Origin: Euprymna scolopes
Taxonomy: Eukaryota
Reading direction: 5' to 3' (one strand)
Length of the DNA: 64,000 bases
Assembly (NCBI GenBank): GCA_053919585.1
Contig: CM132794.1
In this document: in pieces, positions 1 to 13,800 of the stretch
Position numbering within the stretch: the stretch's first letter is position 1
Layout: each line of letters begins with the position of its first letter
Notes under the pieces: model-generated
Told to the model about the DNA's origin: nothing
Database searches by the model: none
What the model saw: only the letters and a program-made list of their open reading frames with translations
Translations under genes and position numbers: made by a program

Positions 1-210
1 ATTTCCCATTCTTGGCGGTCGCAAAGTAGGATCTCCACTAACTTTTGCAAGTATTTTTTCCTTTATGCCGTCACAAATCTATTTCCAAAACACCATTTCT
101 TCTTATCTCCGATTAGGAAAGTAATATTTCCCCTTCTTGGCGGTCGCAAAGCAGGATGTCCACTAACTTTTGCAAGTATTTTTTCCTTTATGACGTCACA
201 AATCTATATC

Positions 211-3200
211 CAAAATACCATTTCTAATTGACAAATTCTCTCCGATTAGGAAAGTAATATTTCCCCTTCTTGGCGGTCGCAAAGCAGGATCTCCACTAAC
301 TTTTGCAAGTATTTTTTCGTTTATGACGTCACTAATCTATTTCCAAAACACCATTTCCACTTGATAAATTTTCTCCGTTTAGGAAAGTAGTATTCCCATT
401 CTAGCCAGTTGCAAAGCAGGATCCTAATTAACTTTTGCAAGTATTTTTTCCTCTTTGATGTCACAAATCTATTTCAATAACACCATTTCTACTTGATACA
501 TTCTCTCCGATTAGGAAAGTAATATTTCCACTTCTTGGCGGTCGCAAAGCAGGACCTCCACTCATTTTGCAAGTATTTAATCCGTTTTGACGTCACAAAT
601 CTGTTTCCAAAACATCATTTCTACTTCTCTCACATTACGAAAGTAATATTTTCCCTTTTTGGCGGTCGCAAAGCATGATCTCCACTAACTTTTGCAAGTA
701 TTTTTTCCTTTGTGACGTCACAAATCTATTTCCAAAACACCATTTCTACTTCTCTCCGATTAGGCAAGTAATATTTCCCTTCTTGACGGTCGCAAAGCAG
801 GATCTGCACTAACTTTTTCGAGTATTTTTCCAGTATGACGTCACAAATCTACTTCCAAACACCATTTCTCTCCGATTAGGAAAGTAATATTTCCCCTTCT
901 TGGCGGTCGCAAAGCAGCATCTCCACTAACTTTTGCAAGTATTTTCCTTTAGGACGTCACAAATCTATTTCCAAAACACCATTTCTACTTCTCTCCGATT
1001 AAGTAAGTAATATTTCCCCTTCTTAGCGGTCGCAAAGCAGGATCTCCACTAACTTTTGCAAGTATTTGTTCGTTTATGACGTCACAAATCTATTTCCAAA
1101 ACACCATTTCTAATTGATAAATTCTCTCCGATTAGGAAAGTAATATTTCCCCTTCTTGGCGGTCGCAAAGCAGGATCTCCACTAACTTGGTCAAGTATTT
1201 TTCGTTTATGACGTCACAAATCTATTTCCAAAACACCATTTCCACTTGATAAATTCTCTCCGTTTAGGAAAGTAGTATTCCCCGTCTAGCCAGTTAAAAA
1301 GCAGGATCTTAATTAACTTTTGCAAGTATTTTTTCCTTTATGATGTACCAAATCTATTTCAATAACACCATTTCTAATTGATAAATTCTCTCCGATTAGG
1401 AAAGTAATATTTCCCCTTCTTAGCGGTTGCAAAGCAGGACCTCCACTCACTTTTGCAAGTATTTAATCTTTTATGACGTCACAAATCTGTTTCCAAAACA
1501 TCATTTCTACTTCTCTCACATTACGAAAGTAATATTTTCCCTTTTTGGCGGTCGCAAAGCAGGATCTGCACTAACTTTTTCAAGTATTTTTTCCTTTATG
1601 ACGTCACAAATCTATTTCCAAAACACAATTTCTACTTCTCTCCGATTAGGAAAGTAATATTTTCCCTTCTTGGCGGTCGTAAAGCGGGATCTGCACTAAC
1701 TTGTTCGAGTATTTTTCCTTTATGACGTCACAAATCTATTTCCAACCACCATTTCTCTCCGATTAGGACAGTAATATTTCCCCTTCTTGGCGGTCGCAAA
1801 GCAGCCTCTCCACTTACTTTTGCAAGTATTTTCCTTTAGGACGTCACAAATCTATTTCCAAAACACCATTTCTACTTGATAAATTCTCTCCGATTAGGAA
1901 AGTAATATTTCCCCATCTTGGCGGTCGCAAAGCAGGATCTCCACTAACTTTTGCAAGTATTTTTCCTTTATGACATCACAAATCTATTTCCAAAACACTA
2001 TTTCTACTTCTCTCCGATTAGGAAAGTAATATTTCCCCTTCTTGGCGGTCGAAAAGCAGGATCTCCACTAACTTTTGCAAGTATTTTTCCTTTATGACGT
2101 CACAAATCTAGTTCCAAAACACCATTTCTACTTCTCTCCGATAAGGAAAGTAATATTTCCCCTCCTTGGTGGTCGCAAAGCAGGATCTCCACTAACTTTT
2201 GCAAGTATTTTTTTCCTTTATAACGCCACAAATCTATTTCCAAAACACCATTTCTACTTCACAAATTCTCTCGTATTAGGAAAGTAATATTTCCCCTTCT
2301 TGGCGGTCGCAAAGCAGGATCTCCACTAACTTTTGCAAGTATTTTTTCCTTTATGACGTCACAAATCTATTTCCAAAATACCATTTCTAATTGACAAATT
2401 CTCTCCGATTAGGAAAGTAATATTTCCCCTTCTTGGCGGTCGCAAAGCAGGATCTCCACTAACTTTTGCAAGTATTTTTTCGTTTATGACGTCACTAATC
2501 TATTTCCAAAACACCATTTCCACTTGATAAATTTTCTCCGTTTAGGAAAGTAGTATTCCCATTCTAGCCAGTTGCAAAGCAGGATCCTAATTAACTTTTG
2601 CAAGTATTTTTTCCTCTTTGATGTCACAAATCTATTTCAATAACACCATTTCTACTTGATACATTCTCTCCGATTAGGAAAGTAATATTTCCACTTCTTG
2701 GCGGTCGCAAAGCAGGACCTCCACTCATTTTGCAAGTATTTAATCCGTTTTGACGTCACAAATCTGTTTCCAAAACATCATTTCTACTTCTCTCACATTA
2801 CGAAAGTAATATTTTCCCTTTTTGGCGGTCGCAAAGCATGATCTCCACTAACTTTTGCAAGTATTTTTTCCTTTGTGACGTCACAAATCTATTTCCAAAA
2901 CACCATTTCTACTTCTCTCCGATTAGGCAAGTAATATTTCCCTTCTTGACGGTCGCAAAGCAGGATCTGCACTAACTTTTTCGAGTATTTTTCCAGTATG
3001 ACGTCACAAATCTACTTCCAAACACCATTTCTCTCCGATTAGGAAAGTAATATTTCCCCTTCTTGGCGGTCGCAAAGCAGCATCTCCACTAACTTTTGCA
3101 AGTATTTTCCTTTAGGACGTCACAAATCTATTTCCAAAACACCATTTCTACTTCTCTCCGATTAAGTAAGTAATATTTCCCCTTCTTAGCGGTCGCAAAG

Positions 3201-5280
3201 CAGGATCTCCACTAACTTTTGCAAGTATTTGTTCGTTTATGACGTCACAAATCTATTTCCAAAACACCATTTCTAATTGATAAATTCTCTCCGATTAGGA
3301 AAGTAATATTTCCCCTTCTTGGCGGTCGCAAAGCAGGATCTCCACTAACTTGGTCAAGTATTTTTCGTTTATGACGTCACAAATCTATTTCCAAAACACC
3401 ATTTCCACTTGATAAATTCTCTCCGTTTAGGAAAGTAGTATTCCCCGTCTAGCCAGTTAAAAAGCAGGATCTTAATTAACTTTTGCAAGTATTTTTTCCT
3501 TTATGATGTACCAAATCTATTTCAATAACACCATTTCTAATTGATAAATTCTCTCCGATTAGGAAAGTAATATTTCCCCTTCTTAGCGGTTGCAAAGCAG
3601 GACCTCCACTCACTTTTGCAAGTATTTAATCTTTTATGACGTCACAAATCTGTTTCCAAAACATCATTTCTACTTCTCTCACATTACGAAAGTAATATTT
3701 TCCCTTTTTGGCGGTCGCAAAGCAGGATCTGCACTAACTTTTTCAAGTATTTTTTCCTTTATGACGTCACAAATCTATTTCCAAAACACAATTTCTACTT
3801 CTCTCCGATTAGGAAAGTAATATTTTCCCTTCTTGGCGGTCGTAAAGCGGGATCTGCACTAACTTGTTCGAGTATTTTTCCTTTATGACGTCACAAATCT
3901 ATTTCCAACCACCATTTCTCTCCGATTAGGACAGTAATATTTCCCCTTCTTGGCGGTCGCAAAGCAGCCTCTCCACTTACTTTTGCAAGTATTTTCCTTT
4001 AGGACGTCACAAATCTATTTCCAAAACACCATTTCTACTTGATAAATTCTCTCCGATTAGGAAAGTAATATTTCCCCATCTTGGCGGTCGCAAAGCAGGA
4101 TCTCCACTAACTTTTGCAAGTATTTTTCCTTTATGACATCACAAATCTATTTCCAAAACACTATTTCTACTTCTCTCCGATTAGGAAAGTAATATTTCCC
4201 CTTCTTGGCGGTCGAAAAGCAGGATCTCCACTAACTTTTGCAAGTATTTTTCCTTTATGACGTCACAAATCTAGTTCCAAAACACCATTTCTACTTCTCT
4301 CCGATAAGGAAAGTAATATTTCCCCTCCTTGGTGGTCGCAAAGCAGGATCTCCACTAACTTTTGCAAGTATTTTTTTCCTTTATAACGCCACAAATCTAT
4401 TTCCAAAACACCATTTCTACTTCACAAATTCTCTCGTATTAGGAAAGTAATATTTCCCCTTCTTGGCGGTCGCAAAGCAGGATCTCCACTAACTTTTGCA
4501 AGTATTTTTTCCTTTATGACGTCACAAATCTATTTCCAAAATACCATTTCTAATTGACAAATTCTCTCCGATTAGGAAAGTAATATTTCCCCTTCTTGGC
4601 GGTCGCAAAGCAGGATCTCCACTAACTTTTGCAAGTATTTTTTCGTTTATGACGTCACTAATCTATTTCCAAAACACCATTTCCACTTGATAAATTTTCT
4701 CCGTTTAGGAAAGTAGTATTCCCATTCTAGCCAGTTGCAAAGCAGGATCCTAATTAACTTTTGCAAGTATTTTTTCCTCTTTGATGTCACAAATCTATTT
4801 CAATAACACCATTTCTACTTGATACATTCTCTCCGATTAGGAAAGTAATATTTCCACTTCTTGGCGGTCGCAAAGCAGGACCTCCACTCATTTTGCAAGT
4901 ATTTAATCCGTTTTGACGTCACAAATCTGTTTCCAAAACATCATTTCTACTTCTCTCACATTACGAAAGTAATATTTTCCCTTTTTGGCGGTCGCAAAGC
5001 ATGATCTCCACTAACTTTTGCAAGTATTTTTTCCTTTGTGACGTCACAAATCTATTTCCAAAACACCATTTCTACTTCTCTCCGATTAGGCAAGTAATAT
5101 TTCCCTTCTTGACGGTCGCAAAGCAGGATCTGCACTAACTTTTTCGAGTATTTTTCCAGTATGACGTCACAAATCTACTTCCAAACACCATTTCTCTCCG
5201 ATTAGGAAAGTAATATTTCCCCTTCTTGGCGGTCGCAAAGCAGCATCTCCACTAACTTTTGCAAGTATTTTCCTTTAGGA
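211..5280 (+). repeat. Higher-order repeat, 17 monomers, 2163-bp period (~2.3 copies)
   Basis: Identical ORF-track peptides at 1427/3590 and 2075/4238 (offset 2163). I counted 17 monomer starts between 271 and 2435. Confidence 0.9.
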
Positions 5281-6829
5281 CGGCACAAATCTATTTCCAA
5301 AACACCATTTCTACTTGATAAAGTCTCTCCGATTAGGAAAGAAATATTTCCCCTTCTTGGCGGGCGCAAAGCAGGATCTCCACTAACTTTTGCAAGTATT
5401 TTTCCTTTATGACGTCACCAAATCTAGTTCCAAAACACCATTTCTACTTCTCTCCGATAAGGAAAGTAATATTTCCCCTCCTTGGCGGTCGCAAAGCAGG
5501 ATCTCCACTAACTTTTGCAAGTATTTTTTCGTTTATGACGTCACAAATCTAGTTCCAAAACACCATTTCTACTTCTCTCCGATAAGGAAAGTAATATTTC
5601 CCCTCCTTGGTGGTCGCAAAGCAGGATCTCCACTAACTTTTGCAAGTATTTTTTTCCTTTATAACGCCACAAATCTATTTCCAAAACACCATTTCTACTT
5701 CACAAATTCTCTCGTATTAGGAAAGTAATATTTCCCCTTCTTGGCGGTCGCAAAGCAGGATCTCCACTAACTTTTGCAAGTATTTTTTCCTTTATGACGT
5801 CACAAATCTATTTCCAAAATACCATTTCTAATTGACAAATTCTCTCCGATTAGGAAAGTAATATTTCCCCTTCTTGGCGGTCGCAAAGCAGGATCTCCAC
5901 TAACTTTTGCAAGTATTTTTTCGTTTATGACGTCACTAATCTATTTCCAAAACACCATTTCCACTTGATAAATTTTCTCCGTTTAGGAAAGTAGTATTCC
6001 CATTCTAGCCAGTTGCAAAGCAGGATCCTAATTAACTTTTGCAAGTATTTTTTCCTCTTTGATGTCACAAATCTATTTCAATAACACCATTTCTACTTGA
6101 TACATTCTCTCCGATTAGGAAAGTAATATTTCCACTTCTTGGCGGTCGCAAAGCAGGACCTCCACTCATTTTGCAAGTATTTAATCCGTTTTGACGTCAC
6201 AAATCTGTTTCCAAAACATCATTTCTACTTCTCTCACATTACGAAAGTAATATTTTCCCTTTTTGGCGGTCGCAAAGCATGATCTCCACTAACTTTTGCA
6301 AGTATTTTTTCCTTTGTGACGTCACAAATCTATTTCCAAAACACCATTTCTACTTCTCTCCGATTAGGCAAGTAATATTTCCCTTCTTGACGGTCGCAAA
6401 GCAGGATCTGCACTAACTTTTTCGAGTATTTTTCCAGTATGACGTCACAAATCTACTTCCAAACACCATTTCTCTCCGATTAGGAAAGTAATATTTCCCC
6501 TTCTTGGCGGTCGCAAAGCAGCATCTCCACTAACTTTTGCAAGTATTTTCCTTTAGGACGGCACAAATCTATTTCCAAAACACCATTTCTACTTGATAAA
6601 GTCTCTCCGATTAGGAAAGAAATATTTCCCCTTCTTGGCGGGCGCAAAGCAGGATCTCCACTAACTTTTGCAAGTATTTTTCCTTTATGACGTCACCAAA
6701 TCTAGTTCCAAAACACCATTTCTACTTCTCTCCGATAAGGAAAGTAATATTTCCCCTCCTTGGCGGTCGCAAAGCAGGATCTCCACTAACTTTTGCAAGT
6801 ATTTTTTCGTTTATGACGTCACAAATCTA
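4254..6829 (+). repeat. Higher-order repeat, 10 monomers, 1278-bp period (2 copies)
   Basis: ORFs 5390/6668 and ORF ends 4450/5728 are offset by 1278. Private variants (AGGACGGCAC, GATAAAGTCT, GGCGGGCGC, GTCACCAAATCTAG) recur at this spacing. Confidence 0.88.
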
Positions 6830-9800
6830 TTTCCAAAACACCATTTCTAATTGATAAATTCTCTCCGATTAGGAAAGTAATATTTCCCCTTCTTGGCGGT
6901 CGCAAAGCAGGATCTCCACTAACTTGGTCAAGTATTTTTTCGTTTATGACGTCACAAATCTATTTCCAAAAACCCATTTCAAATTGATAATTTCTCTCCG
7001 TTTAGGAAATTAGTATTCCCCTTCTTGGCGGTTGCAAAGCAGGATCTCAATTAACATTTGCAAGTATTTTTTCTTTATGATGTAACAAATCTTTTTCACG
7101 ACCACCATTTCTACATGATAAATTCTCTCCGATTAGGAAAGTAATATTTCCGCTTCTTGGCGGTCGCAAAGCAGGATCTTCACTAACATTCTCGGGTATT
7201 TTTAATTTAGGACGTCACAAATCTATTTCCTTAACACCACTTCTCTCCGATAAGGAAAGTAATATTTCCCCTTCTTGGCGGTCGCAAATAAGGATCTCGA
7301 CTAACTTTGCAAGGATTTTTTCCTTAATGACGTCACAAATCTATTTCCAAAATACCATTTCTACTTCTCTCCGATTAGGAAAGTAATATTTCACCTTCTT
7401 AGCAGTCGCAAACAGGATCTTTTGCAAGTATTTTTCCTTTATGACGTCACAAATCTATTTCCAAAACACCATTTCTACTTCTCTCCGATTAGGAAAGTAA
7501 TATTTCCCCTTCTTGGCGGTCGCAAAGCAGGATCTCCACTAACTTTGCAAGTATTTTTCCTTTATGACGTCATGAATCTATTTCCTTAACACCATTTCTC
7601 TCCGATAAGGAAAGTAATATTTCCCCTTCTTGGCGGTCGCAAAGCAGGATCTCAACTAACTTTTGCAAGTATTTTTCCTTTATGACGTCACAAATCTATT
7701 TCCAAAACACCATTTCTACTTCTCTCCGATTAGGAAAGTAATATTTCCTCTTCTTGGCGGTCGCAAAGCAGGATCTCAACATACTTTTGCAATTATTTTT
7801 CCTTTATGACGTCACAAATCTATTTCCAAAACACAATTTCTACTTCTCTCCGATAAGGAAATTAATATTTCCCCTCCTTGGCGGTCGCAAAGCAGGATCT
7901 CCACTAACTTTTGCAAGTATTTTTTCCTTTATCTCCGATTAGGAATTTAATATTTCCCCTTCTTAGCGGTCGCAACCAGGATCTCAACAATCTTTGCAAG
8001 TATTTTTCCTTTATGACGTCACAAATCTATTTCTTAAACACCATTACTCTCCGAAAAGGAAAGTAATATTTCCCCTTCTTGGCGGTCGCAAAGCAGGATC
8101 TCCACTAACATTTACAAGTATTTTTCCATTATGACGTCAAAAATCTATTTCAAAAACACCATTTCTCCTTGATAAATTCTCTCCGATTAGGAAAGTAATA
8201 TTTCCCCTTCTTGGCGGTCGCAAAGCAGGATCTCAACTAACTGTTGCAAGTATTTTTCCTTTATGACGTCACAAATCTATTTCCAAAGCACCATTTCTAT
8301 TTGATATATTCTCTCCGATTAGGAAAGTAATATTTCCCCTTTTGGCGGTCGCAAAGCAGGATCTTCACTAACGTTTGCAAGTATTTTCCTTTATGACGTC
8401 ACACATCTATTTCCAACACACCATTTCTACTTCTCTCCGATTAGGAAAGTCATTTTTCCCCTACTTGGCGGTCGCAAAGCAGGATCTCCACTAACTTTTG
8501 CAAGTATTTTTCCTTTATGACGCCACAAATCTAGTTCCAAAACACCATTTCTACTTCTCTCCGATAAGGAAAGTAATATTTCCCCTACTTGGCGGTCGCA
8601 AAGCAGGATCTCCACTAACTTTTGCAAGTATTTTTTTCCTTTATGACGTCACAAATCTAGTTCCAAAACACCATTTCTACTTCTCTCCGATTAGGAAAGT
8701 AATATTTCCCCTTCTTGGCGGTCGCAAACAGGATCTCCACTAATTTTTGCAAGTATTTGTTCCTTTATCACGTCACAAATCTATTTCAAAAACACCATTT
8801 CTACTTGATAAATTCTCTCCGATTAGGAAAGTAAAATTTCCCCTTCTTGGCGGTCGCAAAGCAGGATCTCCACTAACTTTTGCAAGTATTTGTTCGTTTA
8901 TGACGTCACAAATCTATTTCCAAAACACCATTTCTAATTTACAAATTCTCTCCGATTAGGAAAGTAATATTTCCCCTTCTTGGCGGTCGCAAAGCAGGAT
9001 CTCCACTAACTTGGTCAAGTATTTTTTCGTTTATGACGTCACAAATCTATTTCAAAAACACCATTTCCACTTGATGAATTCTCTCCGTTTATGAAAGTAG
9101 TATTCCCCTTCTTGGAAGTTGCAAAGCAGGATCTCAATAAACATTTGCAAGTATTTTTTCCTTTATGATGTCACAAATCTTTTTCAATAACACCATTTCT
9201 ACATGATAAATTCTCTCCGATTAGGAAAGTAATATTTCCCCTTCTTGGCGGTCGCAAAGCAGGATCTCCACTCACTTTTGCAAGTATTTGTTCCTTTATG
9301 ACGTCACAAATCTGTTTCCAAAACATCATTTCTACGTCTCTCACATTACGAAAGTAATATTTTCCCTTTTTTTCGGTCGAAAAGAAGGATCTGCACTAAC
9401 TTTTGCAAGTATTTTTTCCTTTATGATGTCACAAATCTATTTCCAAAACACCATTTCTCTCCGATTAGGAAAGTAATATTTGCCCTTCTTGGCGGTCGCA
9501 AAGCAGGATCTCCACTAACTTTTGCAACTATTTTTCCTTTATGACGTCACAAATCTATTTCCAAAACACCATTTCAATTAGATAAATACTCTCCGATTAG
9601 GAAAGTAATATTTCCCCTTCTCGGCGGTCGCAAAGCAGGATCTCCACTAACTTTTGCAAGTATTTTTCCTTTATGAGGTGATGAATCTATTTCCTAAACA
9701 CCATTTCTCTCCTATAAGGAAAGTAATATTTCCCCTTCTTGGTGGTCGCAAAGCAGGATCTCCACTAACTTTTGCAAGTATTTTTCCATTATGACGTCAC

Positions 9801-10899
9801 AAATCTATTTCCAAAGCACCATTTCTACTTGATAAATTCTCTCCGATTAGGAAAGTAATATTTCCCCTTCTTGGCGATCGCAAAGCAGGATCTCAACTAA
9901 CTTTTGCAAGTATTTTTCCTTTATGACGTCACAAATCTATTTCCAAAACACCATTTCTACTTCTCTCCGATTAGGAAGGTTTCCTCTTCTTGGCGGTCGC
10001 AAAGCAGGATCTCCACTAACTTTCTCGAGTATTTTTCATTTATGACGTCACAAATCTATTTTTTAAACACCATTTCTCTCCGATTAGGAAAGTAATATTT
10101 CCTCTTCGTGGCGGTCGCAAAGCAGGATCTCCAGTAACTTTTGCAAGTTTTTTTTTTCTTTATGACGTCACAAATCTATTTCCAAAACACCATTTCTACT
10201 TCTCTCTGATTAGGAAAGTAATATTTCCCCTTCTTTGCGGTCGCAAATCAGGATCTCCACTAACTTTGCAAGTATTTTTTCCTTTATGACGTCACAAATC
10301 TATTTCAAAAACACCATTTCTACTTCTCTCCGATTAGGAATTTAATATTTCCCCTTCTTAGCGGTCGCAAACAGGATCTCAACTAACTTTTGCAAGTATT
10401 TTTTCCTTTATGACGTCACAAATCTATTTCCAAAACACCATTTCTACTTCTCTCCGATTAGGAAAGTAATATTTCCCCTTCTTGGCGGTCGCAAAGCAGG
10501 ATCTCCACTAACTTTGCAAGTATTTTTCCTTTATGACGTCACAAATCTATTTCTTAAACACCATTACTCTCCGAAAAGGAAAGTAATATTTCCCCTTTCT
10601 TGGCGGTCGCAAAGCAGGATCTCCACTAACTTTTGCAAGTAGTTTTCCATTATGACGTCAAAAATCTATTTCTAAAACACCATTTCTCCTTGATAAATTC
10701 TCTCCGATTAGGAAAAAAATATTTCCCCTTCTTGGCGGTCGCAAAGCAGGATCTCAACTAACTGTTGCAAGTATTTTTCCTTTATGACGTCACAAATCTA
10801 TTTCCAAAGCACCATTTCTACTTAACAAATTCTCTCCGATTAGGAAAGTAATATGTCCCCTTCTTGGCGGTCGCAAAGCAGGATCTCCACTAAAGTTTG

Positions 10900-13800
10900 C
10901 AAGTATTTTTCCTTTATGACGTCACACATCTATTTCCAACACACCATTTCTACTTCTCTCCGATTAGGAAAGTAATATTTCCCCTTCTTGGCGGTCGCAA
11001 AGCAGGATCTCCACTAACTTTTGCAAGTATTTTTTCCTTTATGATGTCACAAATCTATTTCCAAAACACCATTTCTACTTTTCTCCGATTAGGAAAGTAA
11101 TATTTCCTTTTCCTGGCGGTCTCAAACCAGGATATCCACTAACTTTTGCAAGTATTTTTTCCTTTATGACGTCACAAATATATTTCCAAAACACCATTTC
11201 TACTTGACAAATTCTCTCCGATTAGGAAAGTAATATTTCCCCTTCTTGGCGGTCGCAAAGCAGGATCTCCACTAACTTTTGCAAGTATTTTTTTTATGAC
11301 GTCACAAATCTATTTCCAAAACACCATTTCGACTTGATAAATTCTCTCCGTTTAGGAAAGTAGTATTCCCCTTCTTGGCGGTTGCAAAGCAGGATCTCAA
11401 TAAACTTTTGCAAGTATTTTTTCCTTTATGATGTCACAAATCTATTTCAAAAAAACATTACTACTTGATAAATTCTCTCCAATTAGGAAAGTAATATTTC
11501 CCCTTCTTGGCGTTCGCAAAGCAGGATCTTCGCTAACTTTTGCAAGTATTTTTTCTTCATGGCGTCACAAATCTATTTCCAAAACACCATTTCTACTTCT
11601 CTCCCACTAGGAAAGTAATATTTCCCCTCCTTGGCTGTCGCAAAGCAAGATCTCCCCTAACATTTGCAAGTATTTTTTCCTTTATGACGTCACAAATCTA
11701 TTTCTAAAACACCATTTCTACTTCTCTCCGATTAGGAAAGTAATATTTCCCCTTCTTTGCGGTCGCAAAGCAGGATATCCACTAACTTTTGCAAATATTT
11801 TTTCCTTTATGACGTCACAAATCTGTTTACAAAACATCATTTCTACTTCTCTCACATTACGAAAGTAATATTTTCCCTTTTTGGCGGTCGCAAAGCAGGA
11901 TCTGCACTAACTTTTGCAAGTATTTTTTCCTTTATGACGTCACAAATCTATTTCCAAAACACCATTTCTACTTGACAAATTCTCTCCGATTAGGAAAGTA
12001 ATATTTCCCCTTCTTGGCTCGCCAACCCGGATCTCAATAAACTTTTGCAAGTATTTCTTTGTTTATGACGTCACAAATCTATTTCCAAAACACCATTTCT
12101 ACTTGACAAATTCTCTCCGATTAGGAAAGTAATATTTCCTCTTCTTGGCGGTCGCAAAGCAGGATCTCCACTAACTTTTGCAAGTATTTTTTTCTTTATT
12201 ACGTCACAAATCTATTTCCAAAACACCATTTCTACTTGACAAATTCTCTCCGATTAGGAAAGTAATATGTCCCCTTCTTGGCGGTCGCAAAGCAGGATAT
12301 CCATTAAGTTTTGCAAGTATTTTTTCGTTTATGACGTCACAAATCTATTTCCAAAACACCAGTTCCACTTGACACATTCTCACCGTTTAGGAAAGTAGAA
12401 TTTCCCCTGCTTGGCGGTTGCAAAGCAGGATCTCAATAAACTTTTAAAAGTATTTTTCCTTTATGATGTCACGAATCTATTTCCAAAACACCATTTCTAC
12501 TTGATAAATTCTCTCCGATTAGGAAAGTAATATTTCCCCTTCTTGGCGGTCGCAAAGCAGGATCTGCACTAACTTTTGCAAGTATTTTTTCCTTTATGAC
12601 GTCACAAATCTATTTCCAAAACACCATTTGTACTTCTCTCCGATTAGGAAAGTAATATTTCCCATTCTTCGCGGTCGCAAAGCAGGATCTCCAATCACTT
12701 TTGCAAGTATTTGTTCCATTATGACGTCACAAATCTGTTTCCAAAACATCATTTCTACTTCTCTCATATTACGAAAGAAATATATCCCCTTTTTTGCGGT
12801 TGCAAAGCAGGATCTGCACTAACTTTTGCAATTTTTTTATATGACGTCACAAATCTATTTCCAAAACACCATTTCTAATTGACAAATTCTCTCCGATTAG
12901 GAAAGTAATATTTCCCCTTCTTGGCGGTCGCAAAGCAGGATCTCCACTAACTTTTGCAAGTATTTTGTCGTTTATGACGTAACAAATCTATTTCCAAAAC
13001 ACCATTTCCACTTGATAAATTCTCTCCGTTTAGGAAAGTAGTATTCCCCGTCTAGCCAGTTTCAAAGCCGGATCTTAATTAACTTTTGCAAGTATTTTTT
13101 CCTTTATGATGTCACAAATCTATTTCAATAACACCATTTCTACTTGATAAATTCTCTCCGGTTAGGAAAGTAATATTTCCCCTTCTTGGCGGTCGCAAAG
13201 CAGGACCTCCACTTACTTTTGCAAGTATTTAATCCTTTATGACGTCACACATCTGTTTCCAAAACATCATTTCTACTCTCACATTACGAAAGTAATATTT
13301 TCCCTTTTTGGCGGTCGCAAAGCAGGATCTGCACTAACTTTTGCAAGTATTTTTTCCTTTATGACGTCACAAATCTATTTCCAAAACACCATTTCTACTC
13401 TCACATTACGAAAGTAATATTTTCCCTTTTTGGCGGTCGCAAAGCAGGATCTCCACTAACTTTTTTCCTTTATGCCGTCACAAATCTATTTTTTCCTTTA
13501 TGCCGTCACAAATCTATTTCCAAAACACCATTTCTTCTTATCTCCGATTAGGAAAGTAATATTTCCCCTTCTTGGCGGTCGCAAAGCAGGATCTGCACTA
13601 ACTTTTTCAAGTATTTTTTCCTTTATGACGTCACAAATCTATTTCCAAAACACCATTTCTACTTCTCTTCGATTAGGAAAGTAATATTTCCCATTCTTGG
13701 CGGTCGCAAAGTAGGATCTCCACTAACTTTTGCAAGTATTTTTTCCTTTATGCCGTCACAAATCTATTTCCAAAACACCATTTCTTCTTATCTCCGATTA